64,000 nucleotides of DNA from Penicillus capitatus. Lineage: Eukaryota > Plantae > Chlorophyta. The stretch lies in contig OZ287700.1 of assembly GCA_965649825.1 (NCBI GenBank), forward strand, positions 868,001 through 932,000. Direction: 5' to 3'. The notes beneath the pieces are model-generated. The model did no database searches. It saw only the letters and a list, made by a program, of their open reading frames with translations, and was not told the DNA's origin. Below, piece after piece: positions 35,561 through 48,832 of this stretch (the first letter of the stretch is position 1; each line of letters begins with the position of its first letter). Both the position numbers and the translations under genes were made by a program.

Positions 35561-38500
35561 CTATATTCTGTTTCGGAAGGTAATCGACCAGCTTTGGATC
35601 TCTCTCCTGTGCAGATCCTGATCGATGAAAGGCTGATCGATCAGACGCAGCACGATTTCGCCGTTTCTTGGGCACTCGGCTGCGATTTCGGCATCCAACT
35701 GCCTCTGCAATGTCTTGACATCCACCTGCGGCTGTCCGGCCACATCCGGCGCCATTTCGTCGCCGTCATGCACCTAGAAAAGACACCGGCGTCCAGCAGA
35801 AGGCCTCTCGATGTAGGGGATCGCACAGAAGCGAGACGCGTCACGAGATTCGTGATCTTGGTTTGCTTGCGCTCTCCTGCCAGTTCAAGATACTCGGCAC
35901 AGAGACAGGCGCCGTGATAGGCCAATCCACTCGGAAAGATATAGAACGGCGGCAATGCTCCACCCGTCGGCACAGATCGCGTTGCAGGAGGATCGGCAAG
36001 CAAGGCTCCACACCTGAGCATCACTTCAGTCAGAACGGCAGGCGTACGCAGCGAGGGCGTACCGTGCGCAGGTGAGTTCGGTGGTTATGACAGCGGTTCG
36101 CGTTTCCAGTCCCTTGAGGTCGCGCCGCAGCGCATCCGCAATTTCTGTGGCCTTTTCCATCTCTGTATCCAGTTTCATGATCTTCTTATTGTAGTCTTCC
36201 AGCGAGTGCCGAATGGGTCCTTGGAATTTGTCGATCGTGACAAAATCCGGAAAGAAAGGCAGGATGTCTTCGATCCGGATGAGATCTCCAGCCTCCTCCA
36301 GCAAAGCGACGGCCTTGTTGATGCTCACTTCTGGATCGCGTCTCTCTTTCTCTTCGTTCTGTATGACGTGACGGGCAATGGCTAACCAGAGTTTACGCTT
36401 CATGATCTCGTCTTCCAGCTCTGGCGACTGAGCGACGGACTTGGCAAGATCGAGATCCATACTGAGAGCGAGATGCACGGCGTCTTCATACAGGCCCAGG
36501 ACACAGAGCATGACCACACAGGCACGATGTCGGCCGCGTTCCCGAATCAAACGCAGCGCATACTTTCCGTCGAAGCACAGATCGCCCACAGCCTCCTTGG
36601 CCGATTTCTCAATGAAGCCCGCCAGGAGGGACTCGTTTGGATCCTGGCTGTATAGAGCGATGGCCAGATTGTGAATGGCGCTAGAAGAGACGTGTACATT
36701 CGATTTGGAAGAGACGACGGTGCGTTACCTGTCTAGACAGCCTAGTTCGTTAATACTGTACTCGACGTAGCGCAGGGCATATTTCCACGAATCGTTTTTG
36801 GATCCCTGCTCTCCATAGGCGACCAATGCCGGCAGCAATCGCCTTTGCAAGACGCACGACGGTTAAGTAGATGATCATACAGAGCGAATGTACCTGGGAT
36901 CGAGTGGCGGCTCTTTTTTGGCCATCCAAAATGCCACGGCCTGTTCAGGGGCGTGCGTCATGAGATCCGGCGCAAATTTGTAAATGATTTCTCTGGACAG
37001 AGAGGGCGAGCTCATCACACGCAACGCCCCACGCACATCGCGTCGTTGCATCAGACATTCGAGCAGAGCCTCGTGATCGTGGCGGCTCTCGGCGAAGAAC
37101 ATGAGATCGTCCAGACGACCATAACCAGCCAGCAGTCCGACAGTGGTATTCACATCCAGAATCGCCACGTTGCTCTTCAGGAACTGCCGCAGCTGCTCCA
37201 CGTGTTCCACATACTCCTGACCCTCTTCGCCTTCGTCCTACACATACCGCTTCCTGCGATGCATACCTCTGATCGCGTTTCCAGTCGATTACCTCCATCA
37301 GCGCACGATTGATTTTGTCCAAGTACAGTTCGGTGAGCCAAGACGCGACCATTGTCTTCTGAGCTCTGTCTTCGCTTCCAAGTGACTCGAGCTTCGTACT
37401 GAGGTAGGCGTGAAGCGCATCGCTGTCTTCCAGTTCGATGAACTTGAGCGTGATCTCTTCGAATGTCGGCGAGCCGCCCATCACCTGCCACACCCAAAAA
37501 ATCAAACGGGGTGCGAAAGGACGCAGTAGACTTTGGCATAGAGTCGGGCTGCCTTGACATTGGCCAACGAATTCAATGCCTGTTCTGCTTGAGTGATATA
37601 CACTTCATCTCTTTGCGCCTGTGTACGGCAAACGCTCAACGCACTGGCAAAATCCTGCACCATCGTTCATCAGGCGAGACAATGCAGCTGGGGACATGAC
37701 CTGCATATCCATATAGACTCTCCACACGTCTTTGTCTTCGTTCTTCGATCCGACGTCGATCAGCGAATCCGAAGTAAACAGATAAACAGTACCCGTCGTC
37801 CGATCCGTTGCCAAACCCATCGGCGTTCCTGGACACCACACCTGAGCCGATGCTGCACACCATGTCTGGATCTTCACTAACCTGACAGTCTGTCCATCGA
37901 CTGGTAGGGGAGTTTCTGAGCGACTTTGCCGTTGATGCGATTCACGATGAGCAGAAACTGCTCGAACATCAACACAAAATGAAATTCTGTGGTTGCCTGT
38001 CCACACCGACGACCCGTTTGGTCTGTTGGGTTTTATGGCGCGATGGGAGGCTGTGTACCATGGCCACGGGTTTGTTTGTCTCTTCGGCACGTTCCAGTCC
38101 CCACAGATGCACACGTTCGACCAGATCAGACGATTCAGTGGTGATGGGATTGCTCAGATTGAGGGAACCGTGATAGACACCCGTATCCACCATCCATGCA
38201 AAACGCTTCGGCCAACCGTCCATTCCCCAACTCAGCAGCAGATGTGACCCGGTACACGGCACGGGCAAATCCCAGAAGGGCTCCAGAGGGGTGTTGCCGT
38301 TGTAGACAGAAAAGAGCGCCTCGAGCGTGGGACCACCCGCACAAACATACAGGGCGATGTTGGTGGAGATCAGGACAAAGATGTTGCCATCCCTCAACGT
38401 CTGTTGAGCCACGCCGCAGATCTCGGAGACTTGGTCCTTGAATTCGAAGACGCGTTTGAACATGGTCATTCCACTTCTCTCCTCCGAATCCACGATGCAT

Positions 38501-39318
38501 GCGTACAATGTGTTGCCCAGATTGCCGATCAATGTCTCCCTGATCATTAAGATCTATCACTCTTTTGACATGAAGAAGTGATGTGACACCTGCTTGTCTT
38601 TTCGGTGGAAGCATCCTGTAAGAAACGCAGATCGGCTTCTTCCATTCCCGGTTCTCGTTGGGGCGGTGGCGGCTGTCCCCATCCGACGGTTGTTATCTGC
38701 ACGCCCTTTAGCTTTGACAGCATCCTGTATCGCACATGAATTTAGTCACACTTTTCAAAGGAGTGACTTGGATTTGGTCCAACTGGAGTGGACATAGTGT
38801 GTTTCGAATCCCGTCGCCGAGTACTGGAGATTGACAAAGAGGTGATGTGTGGAAGGACACAGGAAGATGCTTTGGATCTTGGAATCTGGAGTGGGACGCA
38901 CCAGTTCCACTTCACGCTGGAAACTCGAAGTAAAATCTACAAAAGAGTGAGAAATATGGCTATTGCTCGAAAAGTGTGACCAACACCTGTGTAGTCATAG
39001 CGCAAGATGAAGTTCCGTGAAGTGGCTACCACCACGACATCTCGAGCGCAATCGATCGCCACGACGCGTCCCCGTCCCCTAAGCACGCTCATTTAGCTTC
39101 TTCTCAGCTTCCTGTCAAAAGTGTGACCTGGTCACGTTGCGTTCCCATGTTCCGAGTCCCAACGCGAAGAGAGGCTTCGTTTCGGCAGTCGTTGGAGAAG
39201 CCGACGCATCCACAGGGAAATCGGCATCGAAGCGATCCAAAGTAAACGAGTCGCGAAAGCTTTTCGCCGCAAAATCGTGCGACGAGCCATAGCCTTTGAA
39301 ATCATCGAGCATTGACAT
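35561..39318 (-). CDS. VPS18: Vacuolar protein sorting 18 (Pep3)
   Basis: MSMLDDF start; FKRVFEF beta-propeller region; FEEITLKFI, QKTMVASWLTELYLDKIN, LKIEDILPFFPDFVTID-like RIEDILPFFPDFVTID, PFYIFPSGLAYHGAC, ECPRNGE. Confidence 0.93.
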
Positions 39319-39467
39319 CTTGCCTTCACTGGACGAAAGGGCAACGTTCGATCACGCCTCGTCCTTTCTCGAATACGGTCGTCTACGGTTTCATAACGAC
39401 GATAGCATCGACGTACGGTCTCAGAAACGCGACGCGACGGCGTGTGTCCAAACGATTCCGTCGTTCA

Positions 39468-39850
39468 ATGGATCGAGCTATCCCGCATGTCAATCACAGC
39501 TTGCTGCAGCAGTGCATCCAGCAACGGGTGCGCGTGGTGGGCGAGGTCACCAATATCGAATCCGGATGCGTCAAGCTTCGAACGAGTGACGACGTCGAAG
39601 TGATCGTAAGAACGCGACCAGGCTCGATGCAGTACGGCCGTTTCGCGTGTTTCACCGGAACGTGGACGGAAGAGGGTATCCTCGAGGAAGAGTCGCACAT
39701 CACGCTGAGCGACAACACAGGTGAGAGATCACTGCCGCTCGCTTCGCACTTGAACGCACGACGTTTCTGTCATCGACAGATCTGCATCTCTGGGACCAAA
39801 TGCTCCATCTGATGTACAGCACGTATAGGCATCTCTTCGTCGGAGAGTAG
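39468..39850 (+). CDS. RPA3: Replication protein A 14 kDa subunit
   Basis: MDRAIPHVNHSLLQQCIQQRVRVVGEV... OB fold, 2 exons, ending DLHLWDQMLHLM...GE*. Confidence 0.8.
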
Positions 39851-39935
39851 TACAGAGCATCGTTCTCACACATTTGAAAGGTGTTATGTACAATGGATTG
39901 GCGGCGGGCGTCTCATAGGCGTCGTGGGTGTTGTA

Positions 39936-40997
39936 TTACGTGGGGGTGTCATCGCCGGTCGGTTCGGAGTGTGCGTGTAAGAGAATGCGTTGGATCGATG
40001 GATTGTCCAGAGAATAGAGATCTCGTGGCGGCTCGCTTTCGGGCGTGGCGTCACACTGCGTGTCCGTTTTGCGAAATTCGAGCAGCGAAGGGTACAGCGT
40101 TTCGAACGCCGTGACCAAATGACTGTACTGCTTCGCGCCCACCAGCACCACCTGACGGACACACAACGTCGACGCTCAAACTGAATGTGTGAGAAAGAGT
40201 GACTTTTCCAGAAACGAACACCATGAGTGTCACTTTGGGGTGCTGCATTCGGTAGACCAGCCCTGGGAAGACCTCAGGCTCGTAGTAAGAGCAGAAGGCA
40301 TGCTTGAAGTAGATCCCTGTCAAACGGCCCGGTCAAGGAATGATGAGTGAGACCGGACAGGAGATCTATGAGTGCGTGACCTTCGATGCGGACAGGAAAG
40401 CGCGTGTCGCACGTCGCCAACATGTTCACCACTTTGAAATCGTGGAACTGAACAGGGAATCCAATTCTCATGATGATCTTGGCACAACGTCGCGCCGCCA
40501 GTTTGAGACGTGCTTCTGTTGGCGTGCCCATGACCACCATTTTCCCTGCCAACACGTCACATCACTCCTGCCGCGATGTGTGACCAAAAAGAGTGACCAG
40601 AATCAAAGATGAGCGCCACCGATTTCGGATCCACGAGACGCATGATGGCCCCTGGCAAGCCGTTTGGATTGTACTCTGTGTTTCGCGTCGAGCAGGCGAG
40701 ACGTGGGAGATCCAACGCGCATCCGAGATTGCACGTCGCTGTCATGTTCTGAAAACAAAAGAGTGACTTCTGATCTTCCAAGTGTGAGGGCATGTGCGTC
40801 ACGTGGACGTGTGGGATGCACCCGGAAGGATGACGCTGTCGGTTTACGAGGGAATGGGTGTCAGCAGAGGGGGCGCTTTGACGCGGTGGAGTGGGTGTCA
40901 TCTGGAAGACGCGTTCGGCATCGTCTCCGGAAAAACGCACGAGAGCATCTTCGTGGCTGCTATCCCCTCCAGCCGTCCGCTCTTCTGACCAGCTCAT
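39936..40997 (-). CDS. Divergent TATA-binding protein-like factor
   Basis: Two TBP repeats: NMTATCNLGCALDL..EYNP..IMRLVDPKSVALIFDSGKMV and [34 protein letters not shown]. Confidence 0.88.
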
Positions 40998-41067
40998 CTG
41001 CAATGCGATGACGCCATTAAGGACGATCCGCGACGTCATGCGTCGACATTAGGACGAGACGTCAAGA

Positions 41068-42348
41068 ATGATGTATGCAGCACGCGGAACGGCCGAGGCA
41101 TTCGGCAGACGGTGCATACCCAAGGCAAGGGAACACGCATCACGCCGTCATTCGAGATGACGTTGATGTGACCCGTCGGGACGGGCAGATTCTCAACGTA
41201 CTGGGAAAGGCAGACGCAGATGGGCAACGGCAGGATGCGCTTGCGCTGTTGCTCGATCGAATGCGACACCCCGTGAGGCAACTGAATGCGCCGATCGATA
41301 TGGGATCCGTTTTGTGGGCGGCAGACAGTGCGAGAGGAATTGGCAGCAGTGAATGGAGCATCGTCGATTTTGGTGCAGCTCCTAGCCGAGCAGAACAGGA
41401 AGCTGGTGGCTTTGGCGTGCGCCGTCGTGGAATCGCTCTCCCTTTGCATGCTTGGCAGAGAGGAGCTCATTCGGGCAAACGTCCTCCCTGCGTTGCACGC
41501 TGCACTAAAGAGCGTCCCTCGTGCAGCGACGACAGCTCTAGGGGTATCCCCCTCTACAGTGTTCCGAGGTGCCCTCTGAAAGGACCGTTTCTCAGCGTTT
41601 GCTCAGCAGCCGCGAAGGCAAAGCGGCTGTCGTTTTTCACACGCCCGTAATCCTTCGTGCGCTCAGAGATCTTCTGAACGAGCACGAGCCGTTAGACGTG
41701 GCAACGCATTGCGTACAGTGTTTGGCGTCACTATGTGAAACGCCTGAAGGTGGGGCGTCCGTCTCTTCGCACCTCGTCATGACGGCTGGGTACCCTAGGA
41801 TGTCGGTTATCTCTCAAATACGGCCTGCCGGATCTTGTGTCCAACACTGTGAAAGAACTGAGAGATTCGGAAGAGGCACAGGATGCCCTCTTTACTGCCT
41901 GTGCTAGGTACTTTCGTATCGTTGCAAGCACACCTACTGGCAGGACAGCCATCCGTGAAGCAGATGCCATCCAAGGTGTGCCTCGCCGGTCGCGTTTCTT
42001 TCTGCGCTTACTCTTTGTCGTTCCTGGCCTTCAGCGCTCGACGCTTTGCTGCATAGAGGCATTTCGTCGACGTGCATTTCTCAGACTGTGACGGCGCTGA
42101 TGCTGTTAAGTATTGATGTCCCTTCCAAGCAGGCTATTGTGGATCATTGCCTAGAACGCTTGGCGTCTTTGCTGGAAGCGCATCCAGATTCTGTCGAGAG
42201 CGGTCACATCAAAGCAGCGTTGGCATGCTGTTGCGAGGATCGCGCCGCCAGTCAGGCCATCAAGAAGAGACTGGGTTTCGAAGCGACCACCTCAGTGTTG
42301 GGATCATTGCCCCGATTTGCACCACACATGTACTCCGTGCAGTCCTGA
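41068..42348 (+). CDS. Armadillo-repeat protein, radial spoke protein 14 / RTDR1-like
   Basis: N-terminal AEAFGRR.IPK followed by ARM-like helical repeats; multi-exon. Confidence 0.6.
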
Positions 42349-42458
42349 CGGCGAAGGTCCTCAAAAAATCTGCGCTTACAAGGACAGAAAGAAATGTTAT
42401 CAAAAAATTCAATCCATTGAGCAGACACGCTCCTTTGCCGCTCCTCATGAACTAGAAT

Positions 42459-45400
42459 TCACTGTGAGTGTTCTTTGCTCGATAAGACATGGTAGAAAGC
42501 ACCGGAAAGCATTCTCCGGATATTCCATGCCGCCAAGAAGAAAACTGAGAAGAGCACTAACCAATAAGCCCCGTAAGAAAAGAAAATAATTCTGTGAGAG
42601 ATCAGGGCATAGAGCACACACAACTGTGGAAGCAACCTATATGCACACATAGATGAGCCATGGGCTCTCTTGGCTACGGTTAGGAGAGCAGACGTACTGG
42701 AAACAAAGGAAGGAGGTTTTCTCCATAAGAGATAGGCTGCGCATCGCAAGTGAACTTGGAGAAGCGCCTGCGCACAGAGCGATGCGCATGAACTGATGGA
42801 TGAATGCATTCCATTCAGATAACAGGAGACAGGAAATGAGACCCACTTTCTCAACCTGCAGCAGCGATGGTCTAGGCAGACAGAGGACATAGAGGCCTTA
42901 CCTTAAACGCTGCAATCCCCAGCAACATGAGCATCAAGGTATAGCGAGCAAGGAGAAACGGTTTGGAGACATAGAGACGGTGGTACACCACGTTCCATAC
43001 TTGGAATCCACAGAAGCCTACGGTTATCATTATTGGCCAGACGACTGCCAGAAGAGCGCTGTTACCTAATGTGATGCAAACAGGGGAGCAGTAGAGAGTC
43101 ATGGCCCACGGATCTGCATTGTTTAAGGTAGGCAGCATTCCGTAGATCGAGATGTGGAGCGTTGAGAGCAGCGCCATGAAACCGGCATAGAACAAACGTA
43201 CCATATATGTTGTCCACCACACTTTTGCATTTCCTTGCATTTCGCGGTAGAAGCTGAAAGCATCGGAGACCGTCTTCCAGAAAGCAAAGACCAAAACGAG
43301 GACGGCAGATGCGATGGGGGTCAAGCACATGTAAGGTCGATTGGTGACGACCACTCCGGCGAGGAAAAAGTAGATGGCCAACAATGCCTGTTAGCAACAC
43401 CATGAGAAAGAGCAGAGAGTCGAGGGCACCTGTACCTGAGTAAAGTGATCGGCTGTCTGCGTCTGCTCGATCGCGGCAACCGGTGCGGCATGGGTCGTCT
43501 TCTGTAAGGTGATTTGATAGTTTTGGATATACCCAGTGTCGAATCCCGCCTCGCAGTAAGCAAAGTAGATCTCGAATTTGCGATGGAGAACGGGAGAACA
43601 TCCTTCAGAGAGTAACTGCTGTTTGTTTGTTGTCCAATTGCGCCGCCACTGTCTGAGCGTGACGGCGTAGTCCAAACCGATGTCCACGGCCGATGTGATC
43701 GACAGGTTGTGCGTGGCGGCGTAGGAGCTGATGACTTCCATGCTTGGCAAATGGCCGCCAGGAAAGATGTGCTCCCGAATGAAGTCGGACGATGCGCAGT
43801 AAGCAGCATACCTACAAGCGCACATCCCTCTCTTGCCCAGCAGGTATGAATAAAGGCAACGACCGTTCATCTGGGACGGTGATGGACTGGACAAAAATCT
43901 TTCCTCCGGGTTTCACCAAACGGGCAATGGTGGCGAAGTAGAGGTCGAGATACTCATGTCCCACCGCTTCGATCATCTCGATGCTCACGATTTTGTCAAA
44001 GACAGAGATCCCTGATGTGACAGATCTCACTCTTTTGTGGTCGATATGTGTGATATCTTGCCTGAGACGTGGCGGAAATCGCAGATGAGGAGCTGAACGA
44101 GGTCCTCCAATTCAGCTGCCTTGACACGTTCGCGTCCCTCTGCAAGTTGTTCATGGCTCAGCGTCAGTCCAGTCACTCGGCATCCCGTCTTCTGTGCAGC
44201 TCGAATGGCAAAGGAGCCCCAGCCGCAACCAATTTCCAATACATGATCGCCTCTACGAAGATCCAGAGCAGAAATGGCAGCATCCAGTTTTCGCAGCTGA
44301 GCTTCGTACAGGCTGCTACAGGGAGTGTGCAGTCCACAGGAATAGGTCATCGTTGAGTCCAAGAACAGCCTGGAAGCCACGCTGCACTGTGGGTGTAGCG
44401 TAGAGGGTCGTTACTTGTAGTAGGCGTTTCCAATATCGTAGTGTTCTTTGATGTGACGTCTGCTTCCTTCGATGGTGTTGACTCGAAGAGATTTTGTCAA
44501 GAACAGGAGGACGTTGCCATAGCAACCCCAGATTCCGAGAAATCTTTGACTCTTTGTCAGACGGGCAGCATTGACAGCAGCAATGGCCATCAAGCCTCCT
44601 ATGTCATCGACAGCAAAGTCATCATCCATGTAGCCCTCTGCCAGTCCTGTGTCTGCCTTGAAAGCAATCTTCTTAAACAGAGACATGTTGAAGACACGCA
44701 TCGTTGCACGGCACTTGGGAGAATGGCGCCACTCTTCTGACGATACTGGACCGGAACAGCCGTCTCCGTATTGCAGCTCGCTTCCGTTCGGTAAGATCAC
44801 TCTGAGCTGTCCCTTCTGCAGGCCTCTCTGGGCAAAGGTGTGAAATGTCTTCAACCAGAGCGCGTCCATCAATGATGTCTTTGGATTGAGTGCCCGGGGC
44901 ACCCAGGGGAGTGTGCAGCCCAGTTGTTGGACAACGCGTACGCTGGTACGTATACCATCCTCGTGAAATCCATAACCACACCATGCGCCAGTGTAATAGA
45001 TACCTCTCACTCCCTGAATCGATGCGAGCTTCTCCTGGGCTTCCATGCTGGCCATACTGAAAAGACGTCACAGATAGGAGATGCTTTGTGTCTGTGGTAT
45101 CACCTGAACACTGGATGGTGCAACGGCACACGGTGAATAATGGATTCTGCCTTGGGCAGCCCTTCAGGTGGATTGAGGGTCACAAAGAGTGGAGCAACCG
45201 ACGGATCCAAGTTCTGCAACGTGTTCAGCCAATAGGAAACGCAAACGGCATCCGAAGCTGTATCGACGGCTGAGGAGGCCACAAAGCTCCATGCGGCCCA
45301 AGCCGATTTCAGCTTTGGCATGAGAGCATCATCTGCATAGACGCCACAGCCTTGGCGGGGAGAAAATCAGTTATCCTTCGTGACCTGTATGAAGATAGAC

Positions 45401-46535
45401 GTCATTGCTTTCGTACGGAATAGCCCCGAGGATGCTCTTCTCCTCTGCAGAGGCAGATGGGCCCAGGATCTTCAAAGTCACATCGGAGTGCGTCGCCATG
45501 ACGACGGAATCGAACCACTCAGCATCCATTGACGATTTGACGAGGACACGATTCCCTTCGGATGTGACACATTGCACTTCGCATCCGAGTCTCACATCTT
45601 CCAGATCTGCACGATGTGACTTGAAGAGGGATGCAGAGCAGAGCAATGTGTGGTTGAGTGAACCTTGCCGTACGCGATTGACATACTGAACACCTCTTCC
45701 CTTGACCACGCGCCAAACCGGACGCTGAAAGAGATCTAGAAGATGGTGATTCACCCAGAAACGCACCAAAACCACAATAGGAAACTTCAGGACGGTTTCA
45801 AATGGAACACTCCATACGGCAGCGCACATCGGCAACAGGTAATACCTGCACTATGCACTTCACCGTACGGCATTTCTCTCCTTGGCGGCGCACTTTTTGA
45901 AGAACTCTCCGTAGCCTTCTCTGTCAATGTACTCTCCGAGTGTCATCCTTCGATATTTGGAAGCATTCTTGGGCAGCAAGACCTAGGCAATGAATGCCAG
46001 GCGTCTTCGTCTGGGCGAAAGGATTGATGTGACACCTCCGGTGCCCTCCGGCCGAAACGCACGACATGATAGAGCATCATCCAGAACTGTGGACGTGCGA
46101 GATTCCTTCTTTGTGCAAAGATGGTATCGAGTCCATGACTGGCCCATTCCAGTGTTCCTTGATCCAGCGATAAGGCAAAGGACATATCGGATGGTTCCGT
46201 GTCAACGCCAAGACAGTCCAGAAATCCCACGAAGTGCGGATACGTTGTCAAATTGTACACCTTAGCCCATGCATTCGCTCATGTCCTCTTAATTGTGTGA
46301 TCGATCACTGTACTTGAAATCCTAGATCGACTGGGACGTCCCCCGACGTATGTGTCATCGTATGACCTCCGAGTGTCGTCTCTTTCTCGTACAGGGTAAC
46401 AGAGTAACCGTTTCTGACAGGGAAGAGGTCAGGAGAGGCAGTCATGTATGTTGTTTCGCACTTTGTGAGCAGCCATGCTGCACTCAAGCCACTGATACCG
46501 GATCCCACAACGGCAATGCGTTTCTTGTGCTCCAT
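42459..46535 (-). CDS. FAD oxidoreductase + cyclopropane-fatty-acyl-phospholipid synthase + C-terminal TLC-like membrane domain
   Basis: RIAVVGSGISGLSAAW, LGGH, VDLGFQV, YYTGAWCGYGFHEDG; HYDIGN, MTYSC, VLEIGCGWG, VSIEMIEAVG, HIFPGG, FAYCEAGF; then in-frame intron (gtacag...ctaacag) to a multi-TM exon set ending SKEHSQ*. Confidence 0.88.
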
Positions 46536-46667
46536 GCCGAAGAATCGACGAAGTCTTTCGCTGGCCACACACCAGATCCTAAGCCCTGAGTAAACTGTAC
46601 GAGTGTTGTACGAATGCTTAGCAAACGGACGATGATGTGACGTCTGACAGAAGAAATCGTCGGGATT

Positions 46668-48717
46668 ATGGACGCCACGTCCGTGCAGCGTGAAAACTGC
46701 GATTTCGGCGATGAAGACGTTTTCTTGCAGACGCATTTCGACACGTTTGAAAGAAGTCTGGCTGCAGCCAGACGTGCGTGTTTGGATCAAGTAGATCGGA
46801 ATCGATATCGTCTCAGACAAGAATCCCACCTCCAGCGGGATGTTCTCTTTTCGGAGGATGGAGTCGTGGACGGCGAGAAGCCGATCGATCCTCGAAACGA
46901 AGCGGCGGCGCTCTCTCTTCTCCTGAAGAAAATCCACACAACAGAATCACCAACTTCATCTATGAAGCAATACAGTATGCCTTCTACTTGGTATGAGCTT
47001 TTCTCTGATGTTCTGTTTTTAGCCGAGGCTGTTCTGAAGAGTGATGTTCTTTACGGGACCGACGAAGCGTGTGCGAAAATGCCGCCGGAGTGTCAACCTG
47101 ATACGGACGACCTGGAACGATTGAAAGCGTTTGCCATCGGATATGTACTTTGCCAAAACGAGAAGCGTGGTGTGCAGATGGGTGATAGCGAAAGGGGCGC
47201 AGTGTCGATGCTCCGCTGCGTATTTTGAAGATGAGAGAGGCTTAAGTCTGAGGGGACTGTGTTCTGATAGCGATATCCAAGCGGGAAGCTGTGTTCTCTC
47301 CCTTCCTTCGGATCTTCTTATTAGCTACAAGACGGCACAGACATCGGATCTGGTACAAGACGCGGCTAAGTCTACTATTCACTTTATGGAGGGAGGTCTT
47401 CAAACCTTCAGGGACGTGCTCTGACGGCCATCGGCGTCACGTCTGAAGATCTCTTTGCTGTTGTTTGGACAATGATCGAATGTCGAGATCCAGAAAGCGA
47501 ATGGCGAATCGTCTGGGATACCCTTCCGAAGAATCTCAGCACCGGTCCACCTCCTTTTGTGCAGAGCAAACAAGAACACATAGGTTGCTTGTGCAGGTCT
47601 CTCCTTCGGAGAAGAGCACGTGGAATTGCTGAGAGGTACCGATGCTTACGAGGAAATTCGATCTGCACAAAAAGTGGGGTGTGTTGTGTCTAACGCCCCG
47701 GATCATGACAGCATGTGTCTGATCAGCACATCGCTAGCAGCTATGAAGATATACAGCCGTTCCTGCATTCCCTGCACGTGACCTATCCAGATGAAGTGCC
47801 TTTGGAGACAATCTCTTATGCCTCTTATCTCTGGGCAGTCCAAATCTGGTATGCCTATGCCATGGAGGTATGTCTGCCTGCCTGTATGAAAGCACAAACA
47901 CACGCGCTTTGCCTGAAGGTTCAGTTTCCTGAAGGAGAGATAAGAAGCTGTCTGGTGCCGTTTGCCTGTCTAATGAATCATTCCTCCTGGCCTCATATCG
48001 TGCGTTACGGCCGAATCGACCCTTCTACCAATTCCTTGAGGTGAGAAGGTCTTGCATAGAATCCTTGAATGCCCATTTTTGCAGCAGATTCTCCACATTT
48101 CGGCCCTGCCGTGCAAACGAACAGCTCACTCTTTCCTATGGACCTCTGTCAAATCGGAAACTTCTCATCTTTTATGGCTTCCTTCTGAAGAAGAATCCAT
48201 TTGATGCACTAACCGTCGATATCTCTGTAAGATTAGGAACTGCATGACTGGTCTCTGAATGTAAGCGAGTGCAGATGGAGGAGGACAATGCGCAACAACA
48301 TGATGGGGAAATCAAATCTCGACTCGATGCAATGGGCATTGCTTCCGAGATCAAACTCAGAGATGGCCCTTTTACACAGCATCTCGTATTGAGCTGCAAT
48401 GCCCTTGCTGCTCCAGAAGCGTTCTTGCGGGAATCCGTTGCAGAGATCCAACAAAGAAAGGTCCACCCAATCATCGCATTTGAGGCCGAAGCTCAAATCA
48501 CTATGTGTTTTTTTGTTTAAAGGGCCCAGAAATGCTGAACCCGCTGGGCGCCGAGTTGCTTCGAAGGATTCTGCAGCACATGAAGGCTTCCTTGGTACAA
48601 CCAACGGCAGAACAGCCAACTAACATAAACCCCATCGCAGATCTCTGTTTGCAGTATCGGTCGCAGCAGCGGCAAATCATTGAGAGAAATGAACAGAACG
48701 TATCGATCGTCTTATAA
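46668..48717 (+). CDS. SET-domain lysine methyltransferase (Rubisco LSMT/SETD3-like)
   Basis: RGL, YLWAVQIW, LVPFACLMNHS, EQLTLSYGPLSNRKLLIFYGF motifs. Confidence 0.85.
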
Positions 48718-48832
48718 AAACTATTCGTCAAAGCCATTGGTTCACACGATGGACAGATGTGTCACAACATTGGATCTATCTGTTCATATGTTTGATGGAT
48801 CTGAAAGGAATGGCTTCGAGCGTTCGCATCAG

